Shown here: piece after piece, positions 49,222-59,436 of the stretch
Layout of the letters: the number at the start of each line of letters is the position of its first letter
Numbering within the stretch: position 1 is the stretch's first letter
NCBI GenBank assembly: GCA_041744215.1
Contig: JBGTLG010000015.1
Location: 64,001-128,000 of the forward strand
Source of the DNA: Fimbriimonadales bacterium
Lineage (GTDB): Bacteria; Armatimonadota; Fimbriimonadia; Fimbriimonadales; ATM1
Direction: 5' to 3'
Length of the DNA: 64,000 bases
Notes under the pieces: model-generated
Seen by the model: only the letters and a program-made list of their open reading frames with translations
Database searches by the model: none
Told to the model about the DNA's origin: nothing
Made by a program: the position numbers and the translations under genes

Positions 49222-52035
49222 ATGAGCGAACCAATCCGAATCGAGATCGACCCCGAAGCGAAGCGCCGAATGATCAAGTATGGGATCATTGTTGGGATCC
49301 TCCTCTTGTTGCTTACCTTCGGGTCAGCGTTTGTGCGGACGTATGCGGACTATCTTTGGTACCTTTATGACGCAGAGGCCGCCGTCATATTCACAACTCA
49401 GCTAAAGACTAGGCTGTTGCTGCTCGCGGCAGGGTTCGTGATCGCAACTCCCGTCCTGATCTTGAATGCCCGGGCTGCATTAAAGGCAGCGGAGGTTGCG
49501 GGTCGGGAGCCCCGCAGCGCGATGGACGAAGCTCTCGAACAACTGCTCGGTGCGCTTGATCGCGCTCGCTCGGGTTTGATGCGGTCAGTGAAGTTCGTCG
49601 CTCCGGTTTTTGCTTTGCTTTTCGGAATCTCACTCTCGTCACGTTGGGAGGACTGGCTTCGCTACCAAAACGCGGTCGGATTTGGAAAGGCTGACCCGAT
49701 CTTTGGAAATGACTACAGTTTTTACGTCTTTAAGCTTCCCTTCCTGCAGGGGGTTCAAGGTTGGTTATGGACCTTGTGGCTCTTGTGCGCGATCATCGCA
49801 GTCGCAGTTTTCTTTGGCGTAGGGAGCATGGCATCCACAGGGCGACAGGCCATCGGCGCTAAGACGATGCGCACGCAGCTTGCATTACTTGCCGCGACCG
49901 GGTTTGCGATTCTTGGCTGGGGCATTTGGCTTGGCCGCTACGATGCGCTTACAGTGGTCCACAGCAGGTTCACCGGCCCTGGTCACGCAGAGTTGATCGG
50001 AATCACTGCGCAAGGGATACTCGCCTATGTCCTGTGGTTTTGTGCAGTCGCGAGCGCGACGAGCATACGGATTAGCAGTCCTATCGTGATCGCCGGCGGG
50101 GGCGCCGCCCTATCGGCTTTGACGTACATTATTGGTGTTGCGATCGTCCCTGGCATTACTCAGACTTACCGGGTTAATCCCAACGAACTCAGGCTGCAAA
50201 CTCCATACATTGCTCGGGGAATCGAATCCACAAGATGGGCTTACGCGCTCGACAAGATTGAAGAGAGGCCATTTTTGGCACAAGCTCGTCCCGATGCGAC
50301 AGAGGTTGCCAACGCAGAGAGCACGTTTGCAAATCTGAGGTTGTGGGATCCGTTTTTGTTGCAGAAAAACGTCAACGTGCTTCAGACTCTCCGCGATTAC
50401 TTCACGTTTCCTGACATCGACGTAGACCGCTACACAATCGACGGAAAGCAGCGGCTGGTTATGCTCGGGGCAAGAGAGATTGACGTCGAGGGACTCGACG
50501 CTTCCCGCCGCGGCTGGCAAAACCTGCATATGCAGTACACACATGGGACGGGCGTGGTGGCTGTCGCAGTGAATGAAGCAACGACAGAAGGAATGCCCGT
50601 CTACCTTCTGAAGGACGTTCCGCCAGTTGGACGGCCCGAGTTGCGTGTCGACGAGCCGCGAATCTATTTCGGAGACGCTTTCAAAGCTGACGGCGATTAC
50701 GTTTTTGTTAGCACCAAGCTCGCGGAGTTCGACTACATGGGCGGCGCGGAAGTCGAGCATCGCTGGACCGGATCGCGGGGAGTTCCCGTCAGCGGAACGT
50801 TCGCAAAGCTGATCTTTGCGTGGACGCTGGGCGACCGCGACCTTCTGTTCACGCAAGATCTTCTGCCGGAATCCCGGCTGTTGTGGAGGAGAAACATTCG
50901 TGTTCGTGCGGCGAAGCTGCTGCCATTTTTGAGGTGGGATCGCGATCCCTATATCACCATCATCGACGGGCGGCTTGTTTGGATCATCGACGGGTACACA
51001 ATCACCGACAAGATCCCTTATAGTCAGCCGACAGCGATGGAGCGGGGGATGTTCAACTACATGCGGAATAGCGTGAAACTAACCATCGACGCTTACACCG
51101 GTGATTGGCACGCATACATCACCGCACCGGAAGATCCCATCGTCCAGACGTACGATCGGATTTATCCCGGCATCATGAAGCCGGTCAGTGAGGCGCCACA
51201 AGGGGTTCGTGAACACTTTCGGTACCCGGAAGATCTCTTTTCAGTTCAGTCTGTACAGCTGTCGCGATATCACGTAACAGATGTCACGATGTTCTATCGT
51301 GGTGAAGACGCTTGGGAACTGCCGCGAGCGCCAGGTCAGGACCGACGCCTCCCTCCGTACTATGTCCAGCTCAAACTGCCAGAAGTCGACGATGACAGAT
51401 TCTTGCTGATCCTTCCATTCACTCCGATCGGTCGTCCGAACATGATTGGTTGGCTGGCGGCGCATTGCGATCCAGATCGGTACGGCGAAATGACTCTTTA
51501 TCGATTCCAAGGGACGCAGAACGTCAACGGCCCAGAACAGCAGGAGGCGCAGTTCCAGACTGAGCCGGACCTAAGCGCCAGGCTGACATTGTTGGGACAG
51601 TTTGGAAGCCGAGTGCTTCCTGGAAACCTCATCGTTATTCCGGTTGGCAACAGCGTCGTGTATTCCAAAACGATGTTCCTGGAGCCAGCCGGAGCAGATC
51701 AGTCGAGCATAACGCAGTTGAGAATCGTTGTGATGGCTGTCAGCGACAAAGTGGTTTTCGCAGAGACCTACGAAGCTGCGCTGAACAAGCTGCTCGCTGT
51801 GCTTGGTGCGGACATCAGACCCGCCGAACCGACTGAACCTTCTGAGCCAGGAGCTGCGGAGCCAAGCCCACCTTCTCAGCCCTCAGACACGGCGGCGATC
51901 GAAAAGCTTCGTCAAGCGTTGCGGGCGCTCGACGAAGCAGAAAGCGCGTTGAAGGCCGGTGATTGGGCCGGATATGGTGAAGCGCAAAAGCGCGCGCGAG
52001 CCCTTCTCGAGGAAGCGTTAGGTGCATCACGCTAA
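49222..52035 (+). CDS. UPF0182 family membrane protein
   Basis: DPIFGNDYSFYVFKLPF, NLRLWD, DVDRY, YTHG, NYMRNSVK, HFRYPEDLF. Confidence 0.95.
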   Translation: MSEPIRIEIDPEAKRRMIKYGIIVGILLLLLTFGSAFVRTYADYLWYLYDAEAAVIFTTQLKTRLLLLAAGFVIATPVLILNARAALKAAEVAGREPRSAMDEALEQLLGALDRARSGLMRSVKFVAPVFALLFGISLSSRWEDWLRYQNAVGFGKADPIFGNDYSFYVFKLPFLQGVQGWLWTLWLLCAIIAVAVFFGVGSMASTGRQAIGAKTMRTQLALLAATGFAILGWGIWLGRYDALTVVHSRFTGPGHAELIGITAQGILAYVLWFCAVASATSIRISSPIVIAGGGAALSALTYIIGVAIVPGITQTYRVNPNELRLQTPYIARGIESTRWAYALDKIEERPFLAQARPDATEVANAESTFANLRLWDPFLLQKNVNVLQTLRDYFTFPDIDVDRYTIDGKQRLVMLGAREIDVEGLDASRRGWQNLHMQYTHGTGVVAVAVNEATTEGMPVYLLKDVPPVGRPELRVDEPRIYFGDAFKADGDYVFVSTKLAEFDYMGGAEVEHRWTGSRGVPVSGTFAKLIFAWTLGDRDLLFTQDLLPESRLLWRRNIRVRAAKLLPFLRWDRDPYITIIDGRLVWIIDGYTITDKIPYSQPTAMERGMFNYMRNSVKLTIDAYTGDWHAYITAPEDPIVQTYDRIYPGIMKPVSEAPQGVREHFRYPEDLFSVQSVQLSRYHVTDVTMFYRGEDAWELPRAPGQDRRLPPYYVQLKLPEVDDDRFLLILPFTPIGRPNMIGWLAAHCDPDRYGEMTLYRFQGTQNVNGPEQQEAQFQTEPDLSARLTLLGQFGSRVLPGNLIVIPVGNSVVYSKTMFLEPAGADQSSITQLRIVVMAVSDKVVFAETYEAALNKLLAVLGADIRPAEPTEPSEPGAAEPSPPSQPSDTAAIEKLRQALRALDEAESALKAGDWAGYGEAQKRARALLEEALGASR

Positions 52036-52583
52036 TGGAGAAAGTCGTTCGAGCGACGGAACTTGACGTTTCGGCGGCTGGGCTTGTGCTCCCCGATGGT
52101 TTTAGAATCGATTCGGTCGAGCTCGCTTTTCCCGCTCCAACTGTCCCCTGCTCGCCGTGGCGCGCGAAGGAAGGCACCAAGGTTGACGTCATCATCCGGG
52201 TTACTTCCGCCGATGTTGCCGAGTACCTAAATCGAAAACAACCGTCTGGGCTCAGCAATTTTCGCGTCTCAACAAAAGACGGAAAGCTGCAAGTTGTTGC
52301 GACGACCAAGATTGCCATTCTTCCTGTCGAAGTCGGAGCGGAGGGGCTTTTAGAGTTTGCAGAAGGGAGACTGAACTTTGTTCCCCTTCGGGCTGAAGTT
52401 GGCGGGGTCGGAGCACCGGAAGGCATGATCCGCGAACAGTTCTCAAAGATCAATCCGCTGATCGACCTGACGGGGTGGCCCGTGGAGACAGTGGTTCGGT
52501 CGATTGAGATTCTCGACAATGTCCTCCGCTTGGAGGGTACGCTTACGCTGACCGCCGACATACCTCGACGCGGCGAGGCGTAA
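52035..52583 (+). CDS. Hypothetical protein (LmeA/DUF2993-like)
   Basis: Coupled to the upstream gene; beta-rich, INPLIDL motif. Confidence 0.55.
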   Translation: MEKVVRATELDVSAAGLVLPDGFRIDSVELAFPAPTVPCSPWRAKEGTKVDVIIRVTSADVAEYLNRKQPSGLSNFRVSTKDGKLQVVATTKIAILPVEVGAEGLLEFAEGRLNFVPLRAEVGGVGAPEGMIREQFSKINPLIDLTGWPVETVVRSIEILDNVLRLEGTLTLTADIPRRGEA

Positions 52584-52594
52584 TCGACAAGAAA

Positions 52595-52999
52595 ATGGAC
52601 CCAAGAGCCTTTCGCGACAGCGAAACCTGGAAAATGTCAATGGACTTAGCGGAGCGAGTCTATCGTGAAGCAGAGGCGTTGCCCGAGCATGAGCAGCTCG
52701 GCCTGATTATGGAAATGCGTCAGAGTGCGATCAGGATCCCTTCGGCGATTGCTGAAGGGCACGGTCGCGGAACGGAAGACGACAGACACCGCTTTTGCGA
52801 GGTTGGCCTAGGAGCCCTTGCTCGCCTAGAATCTGAGGTTCTTCTGCAGGAGCGCATTTACGACGCGATGCAGGTTGGCGACATTCACTTTATGATCGAC
52901 CAGCTTCGGATAGCGCTGTTACGAGAACTTGACGCGTACGAATCGGACGACACGTCCGAATTCGACATTGACGACGACTTCGGTTTCGAACAGAACTGA
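52595..52999 (+). CDS. Four-helix-bundle protein (23S rRNA IVP-like family)
   Basis: FRD..TWK.SMDLA..VY, LPEHEQLGL..EMRQSAIRIPSAIAEGHGR. Confidence 0.85.
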   Translation: MDPRAFRDSETWKMSMDLAERVYREAEALPEHEQLGLIMEMRQSAIRIPSAIAEGHGRGTEDDRHRFCEVGLGALARLESEVLLQERIYDAMQVGDIHFMIDQLRIALLRELDAYESDDTSEFDIDDDFGFEQN

Positions 53000-53008
53000 C
53001 AGATTCAC

Positions 53009-53839
53009 ATGATTAAGACAAAGATACGCATCGGGCACTCGCCCGATTCGGACGACGCTTTCATGTTTTGGGGCCTGGCGAAGGGAGCGGTTGAATCGCA
53101 GTATGAGTTTGAGCATATCCTAAGGGACATCCAAACTCTGAACGAGTGGGCGATGGAGGGCAGACTCGAAACGACGGCGGTATCCGTTCACGCATACGCC
53201 TATGTCGCTGACACTTACGCACTGCTTCGACATGGCGGCTCTTTTGGCGAAGGATATGGCCCGATGATCGTCGCGCGCGAGCAGATGTCGCGAGAGCAAC
53301 TTCAGGACACCGTCATTGCAATTCCAGGCAAGCTGACAAGCGCCTTCCTTCAGCTGAACCTTTACCTCCCCAACCCGAAGTACGAAGTAGTTCCCTTCGA
53401 TAAGATTATGCCAGCGGTCCAGGAGGGAAGATACGATGCCGGACTAATCATCCACGAAGGGCAGCTAACTTGGGAGGCCGAAGGTCTCAAGCTTGTTGCA
53501 GACTTTGGTCAATGGTGGCGGGATGAGACTGGGCTACCGCTACCCCTAGGAGTCAATGTAGTTCGACGGGACTTAGGCACTGAGGCAATCTCGGAGTTAA
53601 ATCGCGTGATGAAGCAGAGTATTCAAGCGGGTTTAGCTAATCGAAAGGAAGCGTTAGCGTACGCGCTCCAGTTTGCGCGCGGGATGGACGTCCAAACCAG
53701 CGACACCTTTGTTGGCATGTATGTCAACGAACGAACACTTGACATGGGCGACGAAGGGATAGCAGCGATACAACTGCTCCTTAAGCGAGGCGCAGACGCG
53801 GGCATTGTCCCTCCGGTTGACGTCGTTGTGATGGATTAG
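53009..53839 (+). CDS. mqnD: 1,4-dihydroxy-6-naphthoate synthase (futalosine pathway)
   Basis: GHSPDSDDAFMF, DIQTLN, GYGP, IIHEGQLT, GLPLPLG, MYVN. Confidence 0.9.
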   Translation: MIKTKIRIGHSPDSDDAFMFWGLAKGAVESQYEFEHILRDIQTLNEWAMEGRLETTAVSVHAYAYVADTYALLRHGGSFGEGYGPMIVAREQMSREQLQDTVIAIPGKLTSAFLQLNLYLPNPKYEVVPFDKIMPAVQEGRYDAGLIIHEGQLTWEAEGLKLVADFGQWWRDETGLPLPLGVNVVRRDLGTEAISELNRVMKQSIQAGLANRKEALAYALQFARGMDVQTSDTFVGMYVNERTLDMGDEGIAAIQLLLKRGADAGIVPPVDVVVMD

Positions 53840-54600
53840 TATCTGCGTTTCGGCGCGGTCATAACCATCCACCAGAATTTTGGCAGCAGAATGTTCTTTC
53901 GCCACTTGGAGGGACGGAGTACCCACCTCCACAGCCATTCAAGACGCATTCTCTGAAACAGCTTCGGAGCACGCTTGACTGTGCCACTGAGTACGTCAAA
54001 AGAACCGCCAACTCCCATAGCGACCTTCGAACCTAGTTCGAAGAGGTGTTCTGCAATAAACTTTTCTTGCTTCGGAATACCCATTGCTACAAAGACGACA
54101 TCTGGTGAAGCCGTGCGCACTTCAGCTACGACTGAGATTTCGTCCGACGTTGGGAAGTATCCGTCGTGCACTCCCACTATGTTGACGCCGGGATACTTCA
54201 GCCGCATCTGGTCCGCGGCTTTTGCCGCAACTCCCGGTGCTGCCCCAAGGAAGAATATTCTCCATCCACTAACCGACGAGCGCTCACAGATTCGCTCAAC
54301 CAGGTCCACCCCGCTGACACGGTCTCGGACGGGCGAACCAAGGCGTCTCGACGCCCAGACAACTCCTGCACTGTCGGGTGTGACAAGGTCTGCGTTCAAC
54401 AGGATGTCACGCCAAACCACATCGGACTGAGCTGCGACCAAGCCGCTTGAATCGGCGGTGACAACGATTCTTGGCACACCCTCGTCAATAAACCTTGAGA
54501 TTCTGGCAATCGCTTCCTCCATCGATACAGGATCAACGCCTATCCCAAGAATGTCCACCCGTTGCGGATACTGCACTCCTTGGTCCGTCGTTGTTTCCAT
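53836..54600 (-). CDS. WecB/TagA/CpsF family glycosyltransferase
   Basis: RVSGVDL, FFLGA, HDGYF, MGIPKQE, GVGGSFD, RAP, LEWLWR. Confidence 0.93.
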   Translation of the reverse strand: METTTDQGVQYPQRVDILGIGVDPVSMEEAIARISRFIDEGVPRIVVTADSSGLVAAQSDVVWRDILLNADLVTPDSAGVVWASRRLGSPVRDRVSGVDLVERICERSSVSGWRIFFLGAAPGVAAKAADQMRLKYPGVNIVGVHDGYFPTSDEISVVAEVRTASPDVVFVAMGIPKQEKFIAEHLFELGSKVAMGVGGSFDVLSGTVKRAPKLFQRMRLEWLWRWVLRPSKWRKNILLPKFWWMVMTAPKRRY

Positions 54601-54606
54601 GGCGTA

Positions 54607-57090
54607 TCAGCTCCGTCTTCGTGAGCTTTCGGAGTTAGCACGACGTTTCCTTGCCGAGCTGGGCTTCGAAACCGTCTTTCCGTTCCCCGTCGCGTGGGTT
54701 TTAGCCACAAGTGCAAGCTTAAGCACACTCTCTGCTGACGCAACATAGTGAATCCGTATCTTCTTTCGAACCGCAATAGGGACGTCATCATTGACGTCTT
54801 TTTGGTTCTGCTCACACAGGATCAACGCGGTGATTCCCGCGCGATACGCCGCCAAGACTTTCTCCTTAACACCTCCGACAGGTAAGACTTGACCGGTCAG
54901 CGTAAGTTCGCCGGTCATCGCGAGCCTCTGCTTCACAGGACGATCTGTAAACAGGCTCGCGAGCGCGCTCAAGATCGTGATGCCAGCACTCGGCCCGTCT
55001 TTCGGAACTGCACCTGCGGGAACGTGCAAGTGAATGTCCGTCTGACGAAACTCGCCCGGGTCGATTCCGTAGTCAAACGCATGAGTACGCAGGTAGCTTA
55101 ACGCTGCGCGCGCTGACTCCCTCATGACGTCTCCCAGTTGGCCTGTGAGAATCAGCTCACCTTTCCCTGACATCTTTGCCGCTTCAACGAAAAGGACATC
55201 ACCACCAGCTGCAGTCCAAGCTAATCCAACGGCCATCCCGGGCTTTAGCACCCGCTCTGCAATTTCATCCCGGAGATAGCGAGGGCTGCCTAATGACTGC
55301 TCAATGAACGCTTGGTCTACTGTGATCGGTTCTTGCTTGCCATCGGCAAACAGGCGCGTAGCCTTCCGGCAAACGGATGCTATCTCACGCTCCAGGTTTC
55401 TTACGCCCGCCTCGCGTGTGTATGACCGAATCAGGAAACGAATCGCCTCCTTGGTCCACTTGAGAAGCTTCGATTCCAAACCATGCTCTTCAATCTGCTT
55501 TGGGATGAGGTGCCTTCGGGCGATCTCAACTTTCTCCTCCTCGGTGTAGCCTCCGAGTTCGATCACTTCCATCCTATCGCGCAACGGGGCAGGGATTGTG
55601 TGGAGGATGTTTGCCGTTGTGATGAAGAAAACGCGGCGCAGATCGAACGGCGCATCGATGTAATGGTCTCGAAAGCTGTTGTTCTGCTCTGGATCCAGAA
55701 CCTCCAATAGCGCTGAGGACGGATCGCCACGAAAGTCGGTCCCAAGTTTATCGACTTCATCCAGCATGAACACAGGATTGTTGCTTCCTGCCCTGCGAAT
55801 GCCTTGCAGTATCTGGCCCGGCATCGCGCCAACATAGGTTCTCCGGTGACCGCGAATCTCCGCTTCGTCACGCATCCCACCGAGTGCGATTCGAATGAAA
55901 CTGCGTCCCATTGCATGGGCGATCGACTTTCCCAATGAGGTCTTTCCAACTCCGGGCGGTCCGACGAAGCAAAGGATCGGCTGCCTGACCACCCCGCTCT
56001 TCTTGAACTTTCGAACGGCAAGGAATTCGATGATCCGCTCCTTAATTTTGTCAAGCCCGGAGTGATCCGCATCAAGCACCTTCTTGACTTGATCTAACTC
56101 TAAGTTGTCCTCCGTCGATGTGCTCCAGGGGAGCGATATCATCCAGTCGATGTAAGTGCGTGCTACGGTGTACTCTGGTGCACCAGGCGACATTCGCCTG
56201 AGCCTGTCAAACTCGCGATTGACCTCTTTCAGCGCTTCTTCTGAAAATCCCGCTGAGTCAATTCTAAGCCGAACCTCGTCGAGTTCAGCCTCCCTATCAT
56301 CAGTTTCACCGAGTTCTCTCTGAATGGCTTTCAGTTGTTCGCGAAGATAATAGTCACGTTGTGATTTACTTAACTCGGTGTTGACTTCACTTTGGACTTT
56401 CGAAGTTAACTCTAAAACTCGGACCTCTTTTGAAAGAAGCTCAACCACAAGCCGCATTCGTTCTCTGATGTCCACTGTCTCGAGAATCTGCTCTTTGTCT
56501 TCGATCGCGAATGGCATATGCGCCGCGATTAAATCGGCCATTACGTTGGGTTCTTGGACCGCCTGCGTAAGCGTACGGAGTTCATCTGGCAAGTGTGGAG
56601 CCAGTGAGACTGCGCGATCGAAGAGCGCTGCCACTGTGCGCCTGAGCGCCTCTATCTCGTCTTCATCCTCGCGCAAGATCTCCGGCTCTTGAATCACCTC
56701 GATCTTCGCTCGCAAGAATGGCTCTTCCTGAATTGCGTTGATTATTCGAAATCTGACGATGCCTTGGACAATCAGCCTGATTGCATCTGGAAGCTTCACC
56801 AGTGTCCGGATGATAACGGCGCATCCATGACCATAAACATCGTCAAATGTCGGCGTTTCAGTGTTTGGATCCCGCTGGGCCACCACACCAATTATTCTTC
56901 GGTTCCCACCTACGCTTTCGTCAATGAGCTGAACGCTTGTGGGCCGTGCAACCGACAGCGGGGCGATCAGCATCGGGTAGATGACTGAGTCGCGCAGTGG
57001 GAGAATGTTAAGCTCGTCTGGAATCTCCGGCCGAAGATCGTCTTCCTCTTCGGTATCTTCGTCCCGGATCTTTAAATCAATTTCTGACAT
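54607..57090 (-). CDS. lon: ATP-dependent protease La
   Basis: GPPGVGKTS, IRGHRRTYVGA, DPEQN, PKDGPSAG, GGVKEK. Confidence 0.98.
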   Translation of the reverse strand: MSEIDLKIRDEDTEEEDDLRPEIPDELNILPLRDSVIYPMLIAPLSVARPTSVQLIDESVGGNRRIIGVVAQRDPNTETPTFDDVYGHGCAVIIRTLVKLPDAIRLIVQGIVRFRIINAIQEEPFLRAKIEVIQEPEILREDEDEIEALRRTVAALFDRAVSLAPHLPDELRTLTQAVQEPNVMADLIAAHMPFAIEDKEQILETVDIRERMRLVVELLSKEVRVLELTSKVQSEVNTELSKSQRDYYLREQLKAIQRELGETDDREAELDEVRLRIDSAGFSEEALKEVNREFDRLRRMSPGAPEYTVARTYIDWMISLPWSTSTEDNLELDQVKKVLDADHSGLDKIKERIIEFLAVRKFKKSGVVRQPILCFVGPPGVGKTSLGKSIAHAMGRSFIRIALGGMRDEAEIRGHRRTYVGAMPGQILQGIRRAGSNNPVFMLDEVDKLGTDFRGDPSSALLEVLDPEQNNSFRDHYIDAPFDLRRVFFITTANILHTIPAPLRDRMEVIELGGYTEEEKVEIARRHLIPKQIEEHGLESKLLKWTKEAIRFLIRSYTREAGVRNLEREIASVCRKATRLFADGKQEPITVDQAFIEQSLGSPRYLRDEIAERVLKPGMAVGLAWTAAGGDVLFVEAAKMSGKGELILTGQLGDVMRESARAALSYLRTHAFDYGIDPGEFRQTDIHLHVPAGAVPKDGPSAGITILSALASLFTDRPVKQRLAMTGELTLTGQVLPVGGVKEKVLAAYRAGITALILCEQNQKDVNDDVPIAVRKKIRIHYVASAESVLKLALVAKTHATGNGKTVSKPSSARKRRANSESSRRRS

Positions 57091-57546
57091 TTACTCTTGC
57101 TCAATTGGAACCTTTCGACGGCTGGGCGTCTCTTCCCTCTTTGGGACGCTTATGAAGAGCATCCCGTTCGCATACCTCGCTTTGATACCGTTGCGATCCA
57201 CGGCTACATCTGGGAGATTTACGATTCGCTCAAACTCTCCATAAAGCACCTCAAGTTGGTAACATCGCAGCGAGCATGCCTGCGCATCGGGCTCACGTTT
57301 ACCCCGCAAAACGATGGCGTGGCGTTCCGGGGAGAACTGGACTGAAATCGCGTCCGGATCGACGCCAGCAAGTTCCACTGCAATCTCGAGTGTGGAGTCG
57401 GACTCTGCTAGGTCGACTTTTGGCCGCCACGACCGTTGAGGAACGGCACCCGTCGTTCCGAGCACCTGCATCATTTGGTCGCTGAGTCTTTGGAGCTCGG
57501 TGCCGATCTGCCAAAACCAGACTTCGTCCTGTTCTTTTCGCTTCAC
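57091..57546 (-). CDS. Hsp20/alpha-crystallin family protein
   Basis: WRPKVD, VELAGV, YGEFER, ARYANGMLFISVPK. Confidence 0.92.
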   Translation of the reverse strand: MKRKEQDEVWFWQIGTELQRLSDQMMQVLGTTGAVPQRSWRPKVDLAESDSTLEIAVELAGVDPDAISVQFSPERHAIVLRGKREPDAQACSLRCYQLEVLYGEFERIVNLPDVAVDRNGIKARYANGMLFISVPKREETPSRRKVPIEQE

Positions 57547-57553
57547 GACAATT

Positions 57554-57584
57554 GGATTATATCCCGGCTCTCCCGGTATAATCC
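57554..57584. promoter_or_regulatory. Back-to-back -10 elements (divergent hsp20-lon / secG promoters)
   Basis: ATTATA 57556-57561 (TATAAT on -) and TATAAT 57577-57582 within a near-palindrome. Confidence 0.7.
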
Positions 57585-57599
57585 GCCCGGAGACATTCG

Positions 57600-57851
57600 T
57601 TGGGCACCCTCTTAAACATCTTAAACGTCCTTTTGCTGATCCTTTGCGTTGTCTTTGTGGCCATCACGGTAGTCTTTGGAAGCAAGTCGGACGCTATGTC
57701 GGGTGGCAGCAGCACAATCCGAACGACCTTTAAGGGGAAAGCCGGGTTTGATGACCATATGTCGAGGCTAACATTGATCCTCGGAGTGTCGTTTATGGCG
57801 CTGGCCCTCCTGATCGACATCCTCCATGCCCGCTCCGGCGTAGGTGGATGA
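57600..57851 (+). CDS. secG: Preprotein translocase subunit SecG
   Basis: 83 aa, two TM helices flanking a Gly/Ser loop (SKSDAMSGGS..FKGKAG); TTG after GGAGA. Confidence 0.8.
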   Translation: MGTLLNILNVLLLILCVVFVAITVVFGSKSDAMSGGSSTIRTTFKGKAGFDDHMSRLTLILGVSFMALALLIDILHARSGVGG

Positions 57852-58714
57852 GCCGCAAGGCCCTCCGCTGGCTAATCTTTTTTGGTCTCCTCGGGGTCGT
57901 CGTCAGCGTGGCCGTAATGAACGCGGTCTCCAACGCCAAGTTCGTGTCCCGCCTCCATCGGGCAGATCCTAGTGCTTTTGCCGAGTTCTCCGAGCGGCCA
58001 GACTTATACAACCTCTTCATCTCAATGGCGCCGCCTGCCCGCCTAAAACTCGTTGAAGCGCTCGGCAGTTGGAACTCTCCCTCTGCACCGGCCACACTCG
58101 TATTGCTTGCTCGCGACCCAGATCTGCGTGTGCGAGCGGCGCTGGTCGACGCCATGGCCCGGCAGGCAACAGCGGAGTCTCCCGGGATCGTAGCCACTTT
58201 GGCAACTAGCGACCCCGCCGGTAAAGCTATAGTCGTCGAGGCCGTATCCAGGTCGGGTGAGGCAGGGAGGAGGGTAGCCGAGGCAGCCTTTTCCGACGCT
58301 GGCGCCCGTGAGACCGCATCGAACGTCTTGATTCGATTTGGGGGGGAGGCTCAAGCTTTTCTCGCTGCGCGATTGGGCGATCCCGAGGTGGGAGTCGCCC
58401 TGGACGCTGCGGATGTTCTGGTACGCATCGGCAGGAAAACGACAGATGCCGGCGTGCCGGGGGCCCTCTGGGCGCTTTACGATCGGCTTACAACACAGCA
58501 GGAGCGCGACCGCTTGCTCCCGATTCTTGCCGAGTTTGGGGTTGGTCAAGCACAAGATCTGTTTGTTTCGACGCTTCGAGATGAAACGGCACCAACGAAG
58601 TTGAGAGCGGCCTCGGCGCTGGGGCTCCGCCAGATCGGTGCTATGCAATACCTTGGGGAGTTCCAAAACGACCCTGATCCTGAAGTTCGGGAGGCCGCAA
58701 TGGGAGAACGGTGA
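57848..58714 (+). CDS. Membrane-anchored HEAT-repeat protein
   Basis: N-terminal TM; DPDLRVRAA and DPDPEVREAA repeats. Confidence 0.72.
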   Translation: MSRKALRWLIFFGLLGVVVSVAVMNAVSNAKFVSRLHRADPSAFAEFSERPDLYNLFISMAPPARLKLVEALGSWNSPSAPATLVLLARDPDLRVRAALVDAMARQATAESPGIVATLATSDPAGKAIVVEAVSRSGEAGRRVAEAAFSDAGARETASNVLIRFGGEAQAFLAARLGDPEVGVALDAADVLVRIGRKTTDAGVPGALWALYDRLTTQQERDRLLPILAEFGVGQAQDLFVSTLRDETAPTKLRAASALGLRQIGAMQYLGEFQNDPDPEVREAAMGER

Positions 58715-58752
58715 TCCAAAGCCGCCTCCACAATCGTCGTAACAAGTCAACA

Positions 58753-59436
58753 ATGTCTGTCTCTCGCCAGTCCTTTTTGGAAGACCTGCGAAGTCTCGAA
58801 CAAGATTTGATCGAGATGGCGAGTCTGGTTGAGCGACAGCTGACAGCGGCCGTGGACAGTTTGGTCACGCTTGATCCAGAACTCGCGACATCTGTCATCG
58901 AGGGTGACGACGAAATTGATCGTCGCGACATCGAGATTGAGCAGCACTGCCTGAGAATCCTCGCTCTCCAACAGCCGATGGCAAAGGACTTGAGAACTGT
59001 CGGGACTGTGATGAAACTCATTACCGACGTTGAGCGGATCGGCGATCTCGCTGTTGATATTGCGAAAATCACGCTGAAGGTCAACGCACTGATGGGCGAT
59101 GCGAAGTCAATCGACTTGCTAAGAATGGCAGTACCTGTAAGAAGGATGCTGAGAGAGAGCATTGAGGCGTTCGTCAAGCGCGATTTAGATAGTGTTACCC
59201 AGGTTGTTCTGCAAGACGACGAAGTGGACTCATTGTTTCGAGAACTTCGGGAGCAACTTCACTCCATCATGCAGACACAACCTGACCGGGTTGTGGAAGC
59301 GAGTTGGTTACTGTTAGCCATCATTCATTTGGAGAGAATCGCCGACCATGCGACAAACATCGCAGAACGGGTCTTCTTCATGGAGACCGGCAGAATGGAA
59401 AACCTCGCCGCCAAGTTGCGCGGACCGCAACCGTGA
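58753..59436 (+). CDS. phoU: Phosphate signalling protein PhoU
   Basis: LQQPMAKDLR, DVERIGD, DDEVD, LERIADHATNIAE. Confidence 0.96.
   Translation: MSVSRQSFLEDLRSLEQDLIEMASLVERQLTAAVDSLVTLDPELATSVIEGDDEIDRRDIEIEQHCLRILALQQPMAKDLRTVGTVMKLITDVERIGDLAVDIAKITLKVNALMGDAKSIDLLRMAVPVRRMLRESIEAFVKRDLDSVTQVVLQDDEVDSLFRELREQLHSIMQTQPDRVVEASWLLLAIIHLERIADHATNIAERVFFMETGRMENLAAKLRGPQP

Noticed and set aside
52595-52999. Avd-like protein suggesting a diversity-generating retroelement
   Set aside because: No reverse transcriptase and no TR/VR repeat pair seen in the window.
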